This document shows positions 1 through 15,597 of a DNA stretch of 64,000 nucleotides, piece after piece (within the stretch, counting starts at the first letter, position 1; the number at the start of each line of letters is the position of its first letter). The stretch lies in assembly GCF_009914755.1 (NCBI RefSeq), contig NC_060930.1; one strand, given 5' to 3'. The position numbers and the translations under genes were made by a program. The notes below the pieces were generated by a model, which ran no database searches, was not told the origin of the DNA, and worked only from the letters and a program-made list of their open reading frames with translations. This DNA comes from the human T2T-CHM13v2.0 reference genome, Homo sapiens.

Positions 1-97
1 AAGAAGGAAAAAAGGAGAAAAATGTAGGGGGGGATTATGAATTAAAGAATAAAAGATTGATCAGATTATTTGAAGAGAAACCTCATCATATCCCACA
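1..97 (-). mobile_element. ERV1 LTR 5' end, LTR10-like (cut by window edge)
   Basis: Reverse complement begins TGTGGGATATGATGAGGTTTCTCTTCAAATAATCTGATCAATCTTTTATTCTTTAATTCA, matching my recollection of LTR10-family 5' ends. Confidence 0.55.
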
Positions 98-839
<742 letters not shown>

Positions 840-1018
840 CTATCTCTGTTACCTCTGAAGACAAACATGCAAATACCAAGTTGACCTAATGTAATACTAT
901 TGGGCCATATGTAGGTAATCTTAACATTTTAGAGTTGGAAGAGGACTTTGAAACCACTCACTGCCTTATCTGACAAATTAAGAAACGGGGGTGGGGGTTC
1001 CTAGAGGCAAGGTGACTG

Positions 1019-1791
1019 CGAGATGGAGCAGGGACCCCTCTTAGAGGCCTCCAGAGAAATAAAGGAAAAATCTTGAGTTTTTTTCAAGGAAAATTCCAGG
1101 CACCTACCTAGCCTTGAGAAGTTAATGAACATCCTAATAAGCAAGAAGATAGTAATAATTTAAGCAATAGTGTCTCAAGCAAGTTAGAGTCACAAGGTGA
1201 TTTGTGACTCTAATGATCATATCTTAGCATATGTTATTGAGTCGCTTTTCAGATACCCAGACCCCCATCAGGTGGAAAATGCCAACTGCTGTCACATAGA
1301 GCTCAGATAATGGGGCAGTGAGGACTGACCAGTGTTTGTTGTTCTAAATTTCTTCCTGACGGGCTTCAAGAGAGTCGCACCCTCAGGCCAAACCCTTAAT
1401 TAACATTGCTTCCTACCGACCCTAAGTTTTTAGACGAAGCCTTGCTCCCTTCACCAATTGCAAATCAAAGAATCTCTGAATCCACGTATGACCTATAAGC
1501 CCTGTCTTCAAGATATCCTGCCTTTTTGGGCCAAACCAATGTTTAACCTCTACGTATTGATTTACTATTTTGCCTGTAACTTCTGCTTTCCTGAAATGTA
1601 CCCCTGCCCTTGAAAACTCTTGCTTGTAAACCACTGGGGAGTTTGGATCTAAGTGTGAGCTGCCCAATCTTCCTTGCTTGGAACTCTGCAATAAATGCCT
1701 CAGGTTCTTTTGCTGCAAACTTCAGTGTCAGTGTTTGGCTTTTTTTTTTTTTTCATGTTGGGTAAGTGGACCCAAGTTCAGTTCAGTAACA
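1019..1791 (+). mobile_element. Solo ERV1 LTR, MER39-like
   Basis: Starts CGAGATGGAGCAGGGACCCCTCTTAG (TG mutated to CG), AATAAA at ~1690, ends GTTCAGTAACA; 4-bp TSD ACTG at 1015-1018 and 1792-1795. Confidence 0.7.
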
Positions 1792-1805
1792 ACTGCCTAA
1801 GATCC

Positions 1806-2884
<1,079 letters not shown>

Positions 2885-4714
2885 ATCCCAGCCTGTTAAC
2901 GGGAGAGTAAGGGCGGAAAGCCTTGGAGCCTGATGATCCCAGAGTCTGCTCTCCCTGAAGGTAACATCCAAACACAGTTTTTATTTCAAAGAGAGAACAG
3001 GGGAAAAAGATGGTAGAAGGAAGGAGCATGAAGATCTCTTATACCTCAAACTCATCAAGCTTAGTCAATTCCTGCTCATTTCTGAAAGGGTGGAAACATT
3101 GAAATGATAGTTTCCTGTTGAAGGTAAGAGGAAAAAAGAGTGAGAGGAAGAGAAAGAAATGATTTAAATTGACATGCTTTGTCACGATTGCTTGCAAAGA
3201 CCATCACTTTTTGATGATACTGCAGCCTTATCAGGAAAAGTAATTTATAGATACCATTTCAAATGGGAGGGGAGAAATCCTACAAAACCTAACAGCACAC
3301 AAATGCAGAAGGAAATATTGCTTAGAAAAAAAAAAACCCCAACAAAACAATAAACTTCTCCTGTACTTTATATGTTGAAAATGTTTGACTGTAAATCCTG
3401 ACTTTGACATTCATTCCAGATCCATTTTACAGGCAGCCCACAGACTCAACAGGGCGAGAGAAAACACTAAATCATAATTACCTCATAAAAGCCAAGCTTG
3501 TTTCTCTGAATGCTTGAGAACTGGCATAGCTTCTCAAAATATCATAAATTTATTGTGTTCTCTCCTGTTTTACTTAACAGCCAATGAATGTTACTGTTTA
3601 AAAGAATTAAAGCCAGGGCTTCGAAGGGGGTGAGAATGGAGGAAAATATTATAAAAGTCTTTAAACCTTGGCTAGCATGTAGATACTGTGTGTAGATTCA
3701 GCCCTCATTATGAAACGGCTCATTAAAAGACTCAGCTGAAGGAAAATCCTGCCATGATCCATACCCGTTGATATGATCTTGTTCTTATTAGCATCCTCAA
3801 AAGGAAAACAGTTTTCAACACAATCTTGAGTTGGTTTTAATGTCCTATAGGATGACGGCAGGAAGGCTTGCTCCTCTCTGGGAAGCTCTTCTGCAGGTGA
3901 AGGATCTGGGCCACTGGTACAGCCAATGCCATTATCTGGAGCAGCAGAATGGATCAAAACAAGGCAGACACACAATGCCCCCCACATCCCCACGGGGTCC
4001 TGAAGCCCCCAGTCACTCTGCATTCTGACATGGCCCTATGAGTTTGTCATACATTCCAAATGAAGACAAGACAATCCACATTTGTTCCAAGAGTTCACCT
4101 GCAACTTGTCATTCTCCTAAAGAGAGTCCCATAAATTGTCACTGTAAATTCTCAGCAAAGACTGAAGCAGGTGGGTTTGGGGATTCCTGGGCAGGGCACA
4201 AACATGAGCATGAAATGATATAGAATCAGGTGTGTTCAGGTCCCAACTTACCTCTTGTGTGGCCTTGCGCAAGGCACGCTGTTTGGACCTCAGTTGTTGG
4301 CTCTGGAAAATGAAGATGTCAGTGACCATCCATGACCTAAGTGGCAAAGCCATTCTAAAATTACTTAGAATGCTACTTTTGTTTTATATAAATCTCTCTT
4401 TACTATTGTATCAGGGTGACAAGGAATAATGCTTGGGCACTAGGATACATATCCCAACAACTGGAAAGGCAGTGTGGCCATTAGGACAGATGACAGCCTG
4501 CAACAGATGAAGGCCCAGTATGGCTGGCCCAGTATGAGCTGGCTCAATGTCCATCCTGGCCCCTGATGACTGTGAAGATAGCCCTGAGCAGAGGCCTTGG
4601 AAGAGAAAGGAAAGCAAGATGATGCAGACAGCCAGGAGATGGCCAAGAGGAAGGTGAGCGTCTGAAACTGGACTTAAAGAGAGAGCTGAACTGGACTTGA
4701 GCAGAAGGAGCATG

Positions 4715-4880
4715 TGCTTTGGAGCCAGACTCACCTGGCTCAGATCACATCTCGGTGCCGAATATATGGCTTGAGGCAAGTTACTCAATTTCTCTCAGCC
4801 TCTATTTTCCCACCTGTAAAATGGAGATAAAATGAAGTGTCATCTATGAGACAAAACTAAACATGAGGCAAGATATATCA
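4715..4880 (+). mobile_element. MIR fragment
   Basis: MIR core GGCAAGTTACTCAATTTCTCTCAGCCTCTATTTTCCCACCTGTAAAATGGAG. Confidence 0.7.
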
Positions 4881-4897
4881 TGTGTCAAAATTTATTC

Positions 4898-5197
<300 letters not shown>

Positions 5198-6116
5198 CAA
5201 AATTTATTCCTGATAATTCTTCAAAATGTTTATAAAGTTTCTCTCCTAAATCATCTCCCAGTGGGTATACACGGCCAGCTTTTCTTCCACAGTGAAACAG
5301 ATCAAATTCTTGGCCTCAGTTTACAGGCCATTTTGGATGAAAAAAAATTAGATTGTAAATTGAATCATCAGAATCATTCTGGTGTTGTGACATGTTCACA
5401 CCATGGGAAGCATCCCGGGAACAGAGATAGTTTGAGGGAACTCACATCTTGTGCATTCTTTGGGTCTAAGTTCACTGAGTGGAATTGGGAGCAAAATCAC
5501 TTGTGCAAATTATATTAAATTCATCCTCTAGGTCCTCTTCCTCCATCCCTCTCTCTTGGTCAAGTATGCACAGTTGATTTTGTCTAGGTTGAATAAGCCA
5601 AATGTGTGCAACTCCATTATAATTGTAGACATACCTTGCATGCTTGTTGTGAAGAGTAGGAGAGTTAGTGCATGTGAAGTATACAGTGTAAGACTTGATA
5701 TGTACTCAGTCAATTCATGTTACCATTGTCCTCCCTCACATTTGGAAGGCTCTATTTGTGACCACTCCTGGAGAGAATTAGACAGACACGCTATGACAAC
5801 CTGACCCTCCTCTAACATCTTGATCCTTGAATAACCTTGAAGGTGGCAAGTAGTTAAAAAGGAGGAAGGAAGGAGGGAAGTTGAAAGAGGAGGAGAGGAA
5901 GAAAGAAGGAAGACCAGAGAATATCTGTGTCGGTGGAAAGCATTTCAGTAATGATAATACTGATGTCTGGTATCGCTGGGGAGATGTGACAGCTTGAGTC
6001 TATGTGTACTACCAGCTAATATTAATGAATTATTTATCGATCATTTTCCTCACCAGGGACCAGGCATTGTACTATGGCTTTTCATGTGTGACAGAAAAAA
6101 AAAAATCAGTAATAAC

Positions 6117-6679
6117 TGTTATTAGAAGACCATGAGCTCTATGGACGAAAAAGGGAGAGTTTTATTTTCTATAAAAAACGATCTGCAGACTGGGGAGGCA
6201 CAGCCTTCATCATAAGTGAAAGTGTGCTCACCAAGGAACAAAGGGAGGGTCTGGCTTAAATAGGGAAAGTTCTTGCCCTGGTTCTTGATCTGGCTTATTC
6301 ATGCAAATGGCAGATTTAAACTTGTTCAGTTCTGATTGATCCAAACAGTGGAGCCCTGACTGGGCGGTTTCCAAGCCCAAACCCAGAAGTCTCTTGTCAG
6401 ATGTTTCTTTCAAATGGCGTGTGTGTGTGTGCGTGTGTGTGTGTGTGTGTGTGTTGGGGCATAGTTCTGATTGCAGTTTATCTTGGCACTGACAACAGAA
6501 ATTGGCTTGGCTTGATTGTAGAAAGGAGGTCCGGTGACACTTTTACATCTTTGTGAGCTCACAAAGTACATGACCACTCCCTCACCCAGCTATGGCTGCC
6601 TGGTTCTGTTTGAATCCTGAGCACCTCAGTTAGCCACAGGGAGTCCATTTTGTCTGTCAGCCAGGGGCATACTTTAAAA
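6117..6679 (-). mobile_element. Solo ERV1-class LTR, family uncertain
   Basis: Minus strand carries CAAAATGGACTCC near its start and AATAAA near its end; 4-bp TSD TAAC at 6113-6116 and 6680-6683. Confidence 0.6.
6420..6453. repeat. (TG)n microsatellite
   Basis: About 17 TG units with one CG interruption. Confidence 0.95.
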
Positions 6680-6889
6680 TAACCCAGAGTCTCTTCCCCT
6701 TTCCGTCTGCTCAAAAAAGATTCTGTGCAGCTCTTTTGATCCTTGATTCTTTGCAGAATTGGAATATAGGGCAGAACTGGAACTTTGCATCTAAACTTGG
6801 AGGAAAACAGAGCTTGGAAGACCGACAAGTGAACAGTTGATAGTGTCCTGTTCTCCTGTTGTGTACACTGCCGAGGTACTAAGCGTTAG

Positions 6890-7657
6890 TGTCGTGTTAG
6901 GACACATATTGCTTTTCATCCACAGTTCCTGGCTCGTAACTCCCATAGCCCTTGTTCCAGTCTTTTGTTGTAATGTTGGGTGGGGTTAGGCCTCAGGGGC
7001 AGCCCTCTAACCTCCTGCCCTCCTTTCATGCTATGTTCCCCCACCTTTCTGACTGTGGGTCTTAAGACCCTTCCATGAGAGGGTCTCACCTTATATCCTA
7101 GGGAAAGGAATGGTGACTTCATGAAGCTTCCAGAAAAACCCAAGAGGACAGGTTTCGGGGAACTTCTGGAGAGCTGAACACGGGAAGGTTCCTGGAGGGT
7201 GGCGTCCCAGGGAGGGCATGGAAGCTCCGCCCCCCTTCTCCCATGCCTTGCCCTATGCATCTCCTCATCCATTTCTTTTGCTCTCTCTTCTATAATGGAC
7301 CGGTAGATGTAATAGTGTTTCTAGGGCCTTTGAGCCACTCCAGCAAATTAATCAAATCCAAAAAGGGGGTCATGGGAACCCCAACCTGAAGCCAGTCCAT
7401 CAGAAGTACCAGAGAGGGCCACACTTGCGCCTTTTTGGGGGGCAGTTTTGGGGACTGAGCCCTCAATCTGTGGGATCTTACAGCATCTCCTGGTAGATGG
7501 TGTCAGAACTGAATTAGAGGACACACAGCTGGTGTCTGCTGCTTTGTTTGTGGGGGAAAAAAACCCATGCATCTGGTCACGGAAGTCTTCTGTGCTGATG
7601 ATTGTAGTGGTGTGAGTGCAGAGGAAAATCACGGTTAGAGAAAGTTTTCCCTACACA
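6890..7657 (+). mobile_element. Solo LTR, MER21A/B-like
   Basis: TG...CA ends; TTCATCCACAGTTCCTGGCTCGTAACTCCCATAGCCCTTG, GAGCCACTCCAGCAAATTAATC and GTCAGAACTGAATTAGAGGACAC are MER21 signatures. Confidence 0.75.
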
Positions 7658-8969
7658 AGTAGGCTAGGAATTCCTGTGTGCACCATCTCCATCACCTTTC
7701 ACGTGAGTATGTCCCTATCACAGCCCCCTCTGGGATGATGTGCCCGCCTCCACTTTCGAGCTGCCGTGTGTCCCATAGCCACCAGCTACAGATTCCTTCT
7801 CTGATGATGAAGAAAAATGGTGACCTAGGGGGTGGTATTTGTGATAACCATCTGTGTCCAGAATTTTATACTGTTTCAGATGTTTATTGCAGCATATTAA
7901 GAAATTAGGACATCAGATGCACCTAAAGTTTTTTTTTTTAAATGGCCTGCCTTATTTCCACTGCCCATCCATAGACTTCTGGCACGGGAACAGCAGGCAG
8001 CTGGGAATCTCTATTTGGATAGCAGAAGAGGCAGAGGCAGGGGCAGGGCATAGAAGAGCACTCTACCCAAACCTAGGTAACAGCCCTGAGGTGTGGGTGC
8101 AATCTAAGTGACCGTTCAATACACCTATCCAAAGTGACACCCAGCCTTCTCCTCCCTACCCACTATGACTCCCTGGGGAATTGCCTTCAGCCTCCACCAT
8201 CTGGTGATGCTTGATGTTTTCTGAAATAACAGAGACTGTGAGTCTTCTGAGTTTATAACAATAGCTACCATTTCTCCCTGTCCTGGGCACTTAACAAGCG
8301 CTATCTCTAGTCCTTATAACTGCATGATCTAGAGGACCACCAAGGTCCATATCACCGTTCTACTGACTCTACCACACAAATCTCTCATGGTGCTTTGTAA
8401 AGGTCTATTCTTACTCTGTCTTCCTTGGAAATGAGAAATGTAGCACATCTCTGTTAAGAGACATTTTAGATTCCTGGAAAAAAAATTCACCTTTTTTGCC
8501 TTCTCTTCTCCAGGGTGAGTAATTCTACTCTCTCAACATTTCCTTGTGAATTTCTTCTCAAACTTTCTTGTCATCATTTTTGTTTCCTACTGTGCTTAGA
8601 AAACGAGGTCCATGTTTTTCAAGTCCCTTTCTAAAGCACAATGATTCATTTTGTTATACATTTCTGATTAGTACAATATGTCTGGTACAGTCTAAATTCA
8701 ACTTTAAAGTTAAATTTTAAATTGTATTAAATGTGGTCATTTGATACAAAACTGATAATTTAATCCACATTATTGCCCCCATAGCTAATATTTCTTTTGC
8801 TATAAAATCATAGCTAGAAAAATTAAAAGATCTAATAAGCCAATTCTCAAACCCCCAACCATTAAAACCGAGAAACAGACGGAGTTCTGTAATATATTTC
8901 GGCTTTTTGTTTTAGTGTATATTCTTTCTTCCTCTGCAGGCTGTAATAGGAAAACAAAGTGAAACAAAA

Positions 8970-9085
8970 AAACACTGGACTTGAACCCTTAATTCATTAC
9001 TTTTGTCTTCATGACCACAGGCAAATCATTGAACCTGTCTGTGTACTCATTTCCTCATTTATAAAATGATAGGGTTGGATTATAT
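8970..9085 (+). mobile_element. MIR fragment
   Basis: GGCAAATCATTGAACCTGTCTGTGTACTCATTTCCTCATTTATAAAATG core. Confidence 0.65.
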
Positions 9086-9794
9086 TGAGGGAGTTTTCAA
9101 AACTGTTTTTTAGCCATGAAAATCTTTCTTAAAAGAAATCTTATGTAGAAGCACATAACACACAAAGCAGAGAAGAAGCAGGAATGGTGAGACCCTAAGA
9201 TTCACCCGCTTAGACACCCCTCACCCAACTCCCACCCACCCCCACCTCGTTTTCACAATTTATGATTTCATATACAAGCACAGCTTTTGTATGTGTGAAC
9301 ATTTACATTCATAGCACATATCTTGGATAGGATATACATGCAAGCGTGTGAGTTTATTTGTGTTTATATGAGTATATAGAAGAAATCCAAATCTCCCCAA
9401 GCTCCTTCAATCTGTGACTAGGAATGAGATCAGATATCACTAGCTCTGAGTCACAAAGTCACAAGCATAAGGCTGGATGGCAACCCCATGCATACTACCC
9501 CCAAGGATTCTGGGACCACCCCCCAACCCCGGGACAGTAGATGGTTTCTCTTGTGCTCATTAATAAGTGTGGGCTTGGCAGATACTGTTGCTTGTCCCCT
9601 GGTGCTCCCCTTGCCCCACTGTCTGTCCCACTGGATACCAAAATCTCTGCTCCTGCTGACTGCTGTCTCAACTGCTGCTCTTCCGGCTTGGAGTCGCTGG
9701 GTGATCAGCCTGGCCAGGTCGCCCCTTGCTGATTGACGGTTTCCTGCCCTCACTGCCCTGCTGAGCAGGTGGTGCGGTGCGGCTGCTCCATTGC

Positions 9795-9817
9795 AAACAG
9801 CGCCCCCAGCAGGCAGC
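9795..9817 (-). promoter_or_regulatory. Candidate CTCF site
   Basis: Minus strand CCTGCTGGGGGCGCTG; 2 mismatches to core CCAGCAGGGGGCGC; in unique, locally CpG-rich sequence. Confidence 0.4.
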
Positions 9818-10894
9818 GCTGCTATGCGACCTTGGCTATCTGAGCAGCAGCACCCCCAGTGCCATGAGTACTTTCCAAACCAAATTCTTGCAATGCGGTG
9901 GGAAGAATGCATCCTTCTTAGAAACAGTGTCACTAAACCCACAAGATTTTAAGAGTTTAAAGAAAGAGCTCTTTTAGTTTTTATTTACAACCTCCTTCCT
10001 CAATTGCCTTCTCCTCACAGGACTCAAACAAGTGGCCAGCGGGTACTGGGCCAGAAGATACATCTGAGTGACTGAGACCACACTATTCTTAGGACTGCCC
10101 CTCCCAGAGAATAATTATGACCATTTTACTGAGTCAGATTCATTGTCACTGGTTCGTTTCTCCCCTAATGCTCTCCCAAGAGGCTTCTCAGTTTCCTCTA
10201 CAATATAACTTCTGTTTTCTAGAGTGTCCCAGCATGCTGACCCGACCTGGGCTCATCCTGGGCCCTCCATCACACAGAGCTGAAGCGATGCCTGGCTATG
10301 GTGTAGTCTCGTATAGATCAGGAACCGCCCATTCTTAGCATACCCTACACATGGAGGATGGGAATCTTCTAACACAATTTCATTTTAGGGTGCATATGGA
10401 AGCTCTTCAAGTATGGTAGATAGATAGATACCAAATACCTAAGTCTTTGGCTGGAATCAAACTGGAAACCTTGAGAACAATCAAACTATGCTTGGGAGCA
10501 AGAGGCTTCAGATTCAGTTCTAAGTAGAACACTATCCTATTCCATGATACTGCTGTGGATTTTTGGCAACTGGTTTTAGAAATAATACAAATAAAACCTA
10601 TGACCAAGAAATCTACCGAGGTCAACATTTCCCAAAGAGTGGTGCTATGTTTCCTGAAAATAAACAAATATACAAGCAGGTCTGGGAAACCCCACAACCT
10701 ATAGCACTATCTTACATGTTTTTTGGCATGCTCAAAATTAGAGAGATACTGAGTAAGGAGGAAGCTTTTGAAACTTTCTATAACACATTGTTTTAAAATA
10801 TATTGACAATGAAACTCTAAAAATATCTAACACTCTGAATGTTCCTCAGAAGTCATGTTTTATGGAGTGTATTTTGAGAAAATTTAGCCTAAAA

Positions 10895-11215
10895 CAGGGT
10901 GAGCAAACTATTTTTTTGAAATTAAAAGTTCAGTTTTGTGGGCCCCACATATAGAACCTACCACAATTACTCCGCTGTTGTAGCATGAAGGCCATTGTAG
11001 ATGATACATAAACAAATAAGCTTCACCGTGTTCCAGTAAAACTTGGATTATGGCCACTCAAACGTAAATTTCATATAATATTCTATGTCACAAAATATTA
11101 TCCTTTTGACTCTCTTCAACTATTTAAAAGTACAGAGAACATTCTTAGTGCAAAGACTGTAAAAAACAGGGGATGAGCTGAATTTGACCTGTGGGATGTA
11201 CTTTGCTGATCCCTG
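10895..11215 (+). mobile_element. MER58B-like hAT-Charlie DNA transposon
   Basis: Terminal inverted repeats CAGGGTGAGCAAACT ... TACTTTGCTGATCCCTG; ~320 bp. Confidence 0.8.
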
Positions 11216-11269
11216 TCTTAGAAGTACTAAAAGCTAGTGAAATCGCAGTGCCTGTACAGATACCTGAAC

Positions 11270-11388
11270 CTGAAGTCCATGGAGCAGAAACCCTGTGTGT
11301 TTATTCTCCACTGAATCTCCATGCTCTGTCTGCTGCATGGCCAGTGCCTGTTTGGTGAATGCTCATAAATATTGAATGAGGGAATAAC
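11270..11388 (+). mobile_element. L2 3' end
   Basis: Ends GCTCATAAATATTGAATGAGGGAATAA, typical of L2 termini. Confidence 0.55.
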
Positions 11389-12019
11389 CAGCAGTTCAAT
11401 TTACCTGTCAGTAACATGTGCAGAATTTGGTTTCTCAAAGTTGTTTTCTTTTGTCGCTGTTGTTGTTTTGGCCCTGTTTGCTGGGTATCTCAGTGTAAGT
11501 AGTAAATAGAATCCATGGCTCTGATGTTATTCAATGCCAGAAAAGAATTTCACACCTTTTGAAACACTATTTGATGGCAGGCAAAGACTGTTGCAGCTGC
11601 CTGGGGTATGAATTAAGGCCAATAATAATTAGACTGACTCTCTAGAGTAAAGATAAATGTATGATACAAGTTTCCCTGTCTTCACGACATGGGAATTTAG
11701 ATGCAGTGGCAATACTTACAGCCAAGTAGATAACTGTTTCTAGGTATTTCTTTTATTCATGGCTGCCTTTGTACTTACATTTTGGAAAGGGCTTGCCTTG
11801 GTGTCACCCCTGCTTGTCTCCTTCAGTCTCACCAAAATCTGTTACGACAAGTCTGATTTCCATGCTAGGAGTCTTGTCCTTTGGAAGTTTCCATTGGTTT
11901 TACGGAGTTGTTGGATAATACCTGCTTACCTGGCGGTGGTCCCATCTTTTCATGAATGCATTCCCTACCCACTCCAGCTCTCTGCACTCTGCAGAACTCC
12001 TTCCTCTGGACATACTGAT

Positions 12020-12175
12020 TGATTGATGGACTGATTAATTAATTCATTCATTTGACAAATGTTCACTCAGCAGCTGATATGTGCCCCACACACTGCCATG
12101 CACTGGAAATACAAAAACGAAAAGCAAAAACAAGAACTCCTCCCTTCAAAGCATTCACAATTTAATGGGAAAGCC
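12020..12175 (-). mobile_element. L2 3' end
   Basis: ATTCATTCATTTGACAAATGTTCACTCAGCA ... CCCTTCAAAGCATTCACAATTTAATGGG. Confidence 0.65.
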
Positions 12176-12989
12176 AGAGAAACAGTCCACGAGGAAAACT
12201 TCAGAACTCGGAACAGCTCTCCACAAGCTCTTAACCACACACAGCCTGATAGCTTTCCTTCTCTTTTCAGGGGCTGATGCTGCAGCTCTCTGACTGATTA
12301 TGGATTCTTGAGGGCAGACACCATGCCCTTGGTCTGTTTCACCTCCAAAATGCCTAACAGAGTGAATACTTTTATACTGATTCTCATGAAGTGTCTGATG
12401 ATAGATTTTTGCACCACGAACAAACTAGAGAATCGACACTGAAGACTTTATTTTGCAGTTTTGACACTGTGCGCTTTGTTTCTTCATGATCTGGGTTCAC
12501 CCAGACTTTTGCACTTTGGGTGACCAGTGGATCCAATGGGGGAAAAAGCAACAGTGGGATCTGCAGCCTACTCTGGTTGGTGCAGGGCAGGTAACAGGGC
12601 AGTAGTAAACAGGAGAGGGTAAGAAGGGATGAGCTGTTTCCTTGATATCCATCCTCCCTCCCAGGATACAGGCCAGAGTGTTTGGTGGACTCTTAGTAAC
12701 TGAAAGAACCCACCTTCTAGGACTAGGTGTACCCCATCCCAGCAAGAGTGCCCCACCAGATCAGATCCTGTTGCAGATGACAAGGGGGAGGTGGTTAGAC
12801 TTTGTTTCTGTAGCATTTTCAAAACAATAGAGCAGCTTAGGCAAAATGGCTGTGCCAAGGAGTGAAGCAAGAGCCTAGGCAGCATGAGCCCTACCCAGTC
12901 CCTGCCATCACCATTGCCAGGCATATGTCACCCTGGCCACCTATTCAGCATGGGTACACTGGGCACTCATGGCTCGGTTTTACCCAGAG

Positions 12990-13220
12990 AGGTGGTGGGG
13001 TCTAGTGGTAGGGCTTTGGAATTAAGGATACATACATTGATGCAGTGTCTTATTCTCTCTTTGCAATCTGGGACAAAAGACTTTTTCCCTCTGAGCCTTA
13101 GATTTTGCATCCATAAAAGGAGGGAAATAATACCTTTTGCTGTTGTCATGAGGATTGCATGAGAGAATGTTTGTAAAGAGGAAGAAAAGGTGCACCACAA
13201 ATGGTACCTGGTGTTATTAT
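12990..13220 (+). mobile_element. MIR, near full length
   Basis: Core CTCTGAGCCTTAGATTTTGCATCCATAAAAGG, then TTGTCATGAGGATT and TTATTAT end. Confidence 0.65.
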
Positions 13221-14965
13221 CTTTCTACTACAGGGCTGTTTTCAGTTCCATGTTCACTTCTGATCAATGCAGTATGTGGATCTGTCAACTCTCCAGACTT
13301 CCCTGTTTTCCGCAGTGGGAAGTCAGCCTGATTCACAATGGTATCACCTCCTGGCTCTTGGGTTTGACTTTCCAGAGATCTAATAAGTGGCTCCCATTCC
13401 TCCATCGGTTTCTCATCTTCATCCATTGCAGTTCCAGATTACAGATGTCTCCTGCCCTTATAGAATATGGGTTTCACTATTGTTTCTCATTCTCTTTATT
13501 GTTTTGGAGCGATTCTTGAAAAAAGGAGAGTGGAACCATCTTTGCTCTGTCATCTAAAAACTTGGTTACCTTTTCAGATACATTGATAAGCACAACACAT
13601 AATAAGACATGTTAGAATTCAAAAACAAATCCAGATCTTCCCCCTACTCTTTCTCTTTCCCTAGTCCCTTAAATATAAAAGGGACACAATAGCTCGCCTA
13701 TTCAAGTGGCAAGGCCCGTTTCCTCACCATCAGCACATTCCTCCTGCCCTCTCCCACAGGCCCTGCTCATGGATGGGGCAGTCAAGGCTGGGATTTGACT
13801 GACTTGCAGGAATGTGGAATGTAACCGGAGGGAGGAGAACATTACAACAAACCAGCTGCTCTTCAGAGGTTGATTTTCATTTTGGAAAATAGCAGAAGCA
13901 ATTATCATGGCTCATTAGGAGGCCTAGCATACCGGCTGCAAAACTATATTTGGAAAACTGTATTCACTTAGCTCTAAAGTGGTGAGAGGGTGAGGACAGG
14001 CGGGAGGAAAAGGAAGGACAGACCAGGGCCTGCCTGGGCTTAGATTCAGTCTGCAAAAAGGTGATCTGAATTGAATTCTGAGAGGGACAAGAGATGAATG
14101 GAGCTGGGACACTAGGCCAAGCATAGCCCTGAGTCTGGAGGTGCTGAACACTGGGCGGCTCCAGCCTTTTGGAAAATTGGGCTCGCTCAACGACAGACCC
14201 ACCTACCAAGTGGGAAGTGGGTAAAAGATGTACTCTGTTCAATGTGCCTTGCTGGGAACGTTCAGATGTCCCCTCAGCCTCCCCAGGGAGCTGTGGTGTG
14301 TGTTTGGGGTCTACTCTGAAGTTTGCTACTCAGTTACATCAGGGGGCAAGGACCTGTGGAACAGGTTTCCATCTTGGTCATTCTGCTGCCTTCTGACTAG
14401 GAAGAGTTGACTCCACAGGCCACTAGCTCATGTCTTCTGTTTGCTCCTAACCAAAGGAAGGGTCTTGTGATGGGGATGACATAACCAGGTCAAGAAAAGG
14501 ATGGTTTGGGAAGCTTATGGGGGTGAAACTACCCCAGAATGAACTTGAGAAAAAATCACCTCTGTTTTCTTTTGTTGGATGAGAACGTTTTGGGCCCTTC
14601 ATATAAGTTGTGGGATGGACCTATTTAATTTGCACTTGAATATCCCCCAGTGTTGGTATGGTCCTTTATATTTTATGAAGTACCTTTACCAGGGCTGGCT
14701 GCTGAGAACTGCTTCCTGCTTAAAAAACAAACAAACAAACAAACAAAAACTGGGAGCTCCTCCAGTAAGGATAAAGATGGAGAAAATGATCTTTATATGT
14801 CAGGTATATCAGCATTCAGGTCCTTTGGGATCTGACAGCCCTGATAATGTGTATTAGTTTCTCCTGCCCCATTGATGACATCTGGCTTTCCCATAAAATA
14901 TCTTACTTAAACTCGGGTAGATATGATTGTTTCCATTTTAAAGGGGAATAAAATGTTCAGAAGTT

Positions 14966-15267
<302 letters not shown>

Positions 15268-15597
15268 CAAGAAGTTTTAATGACTTGTCCAGGGCCACCC
15301 ATCTACATAACAGCATGGCTGAGACATGAAGTCAGGTAACTCTAGTTATTTCTACTTGACCATAGGGCATTAGTCAGGAATGTGTCATCTGTCACAGAAA
15401 ATCTCGGTGGCAAGAACTGAAACATGTAGAGATTGACTTATCTCTAATCTAGGGAACTTGCCACAAAGAAGCCAGCTTTTCTTGTCTTTCTGGTCTACTG
15501 TCTTTACTTAGGTACAGCATCTGCCCTCAAACTCATAAGATGTCTGCTGTTCCTCTCAGCATCCCATCCTCATTCAATGAAGAAGAAAGGAAGGAGG

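Noticed and set aside
4511-4543. Short tandem duplication GGCCCAGTATG(A)GCT x2
   Set aside because: Ordinary slippage duplication with no further structure.
6294-6308. SOX-OCT composite motif in LTR (CTTATTCATGCAAAT)
   Set aside because: The octamer is perfect but the SOX half has two core mismatches; lone octamers occur several times in the window.
9451-9942. Longest ORF in the track (163 aa, minus)
   Set aside because: No recognisable domain, non-ATG start; explained by locally high GC content.
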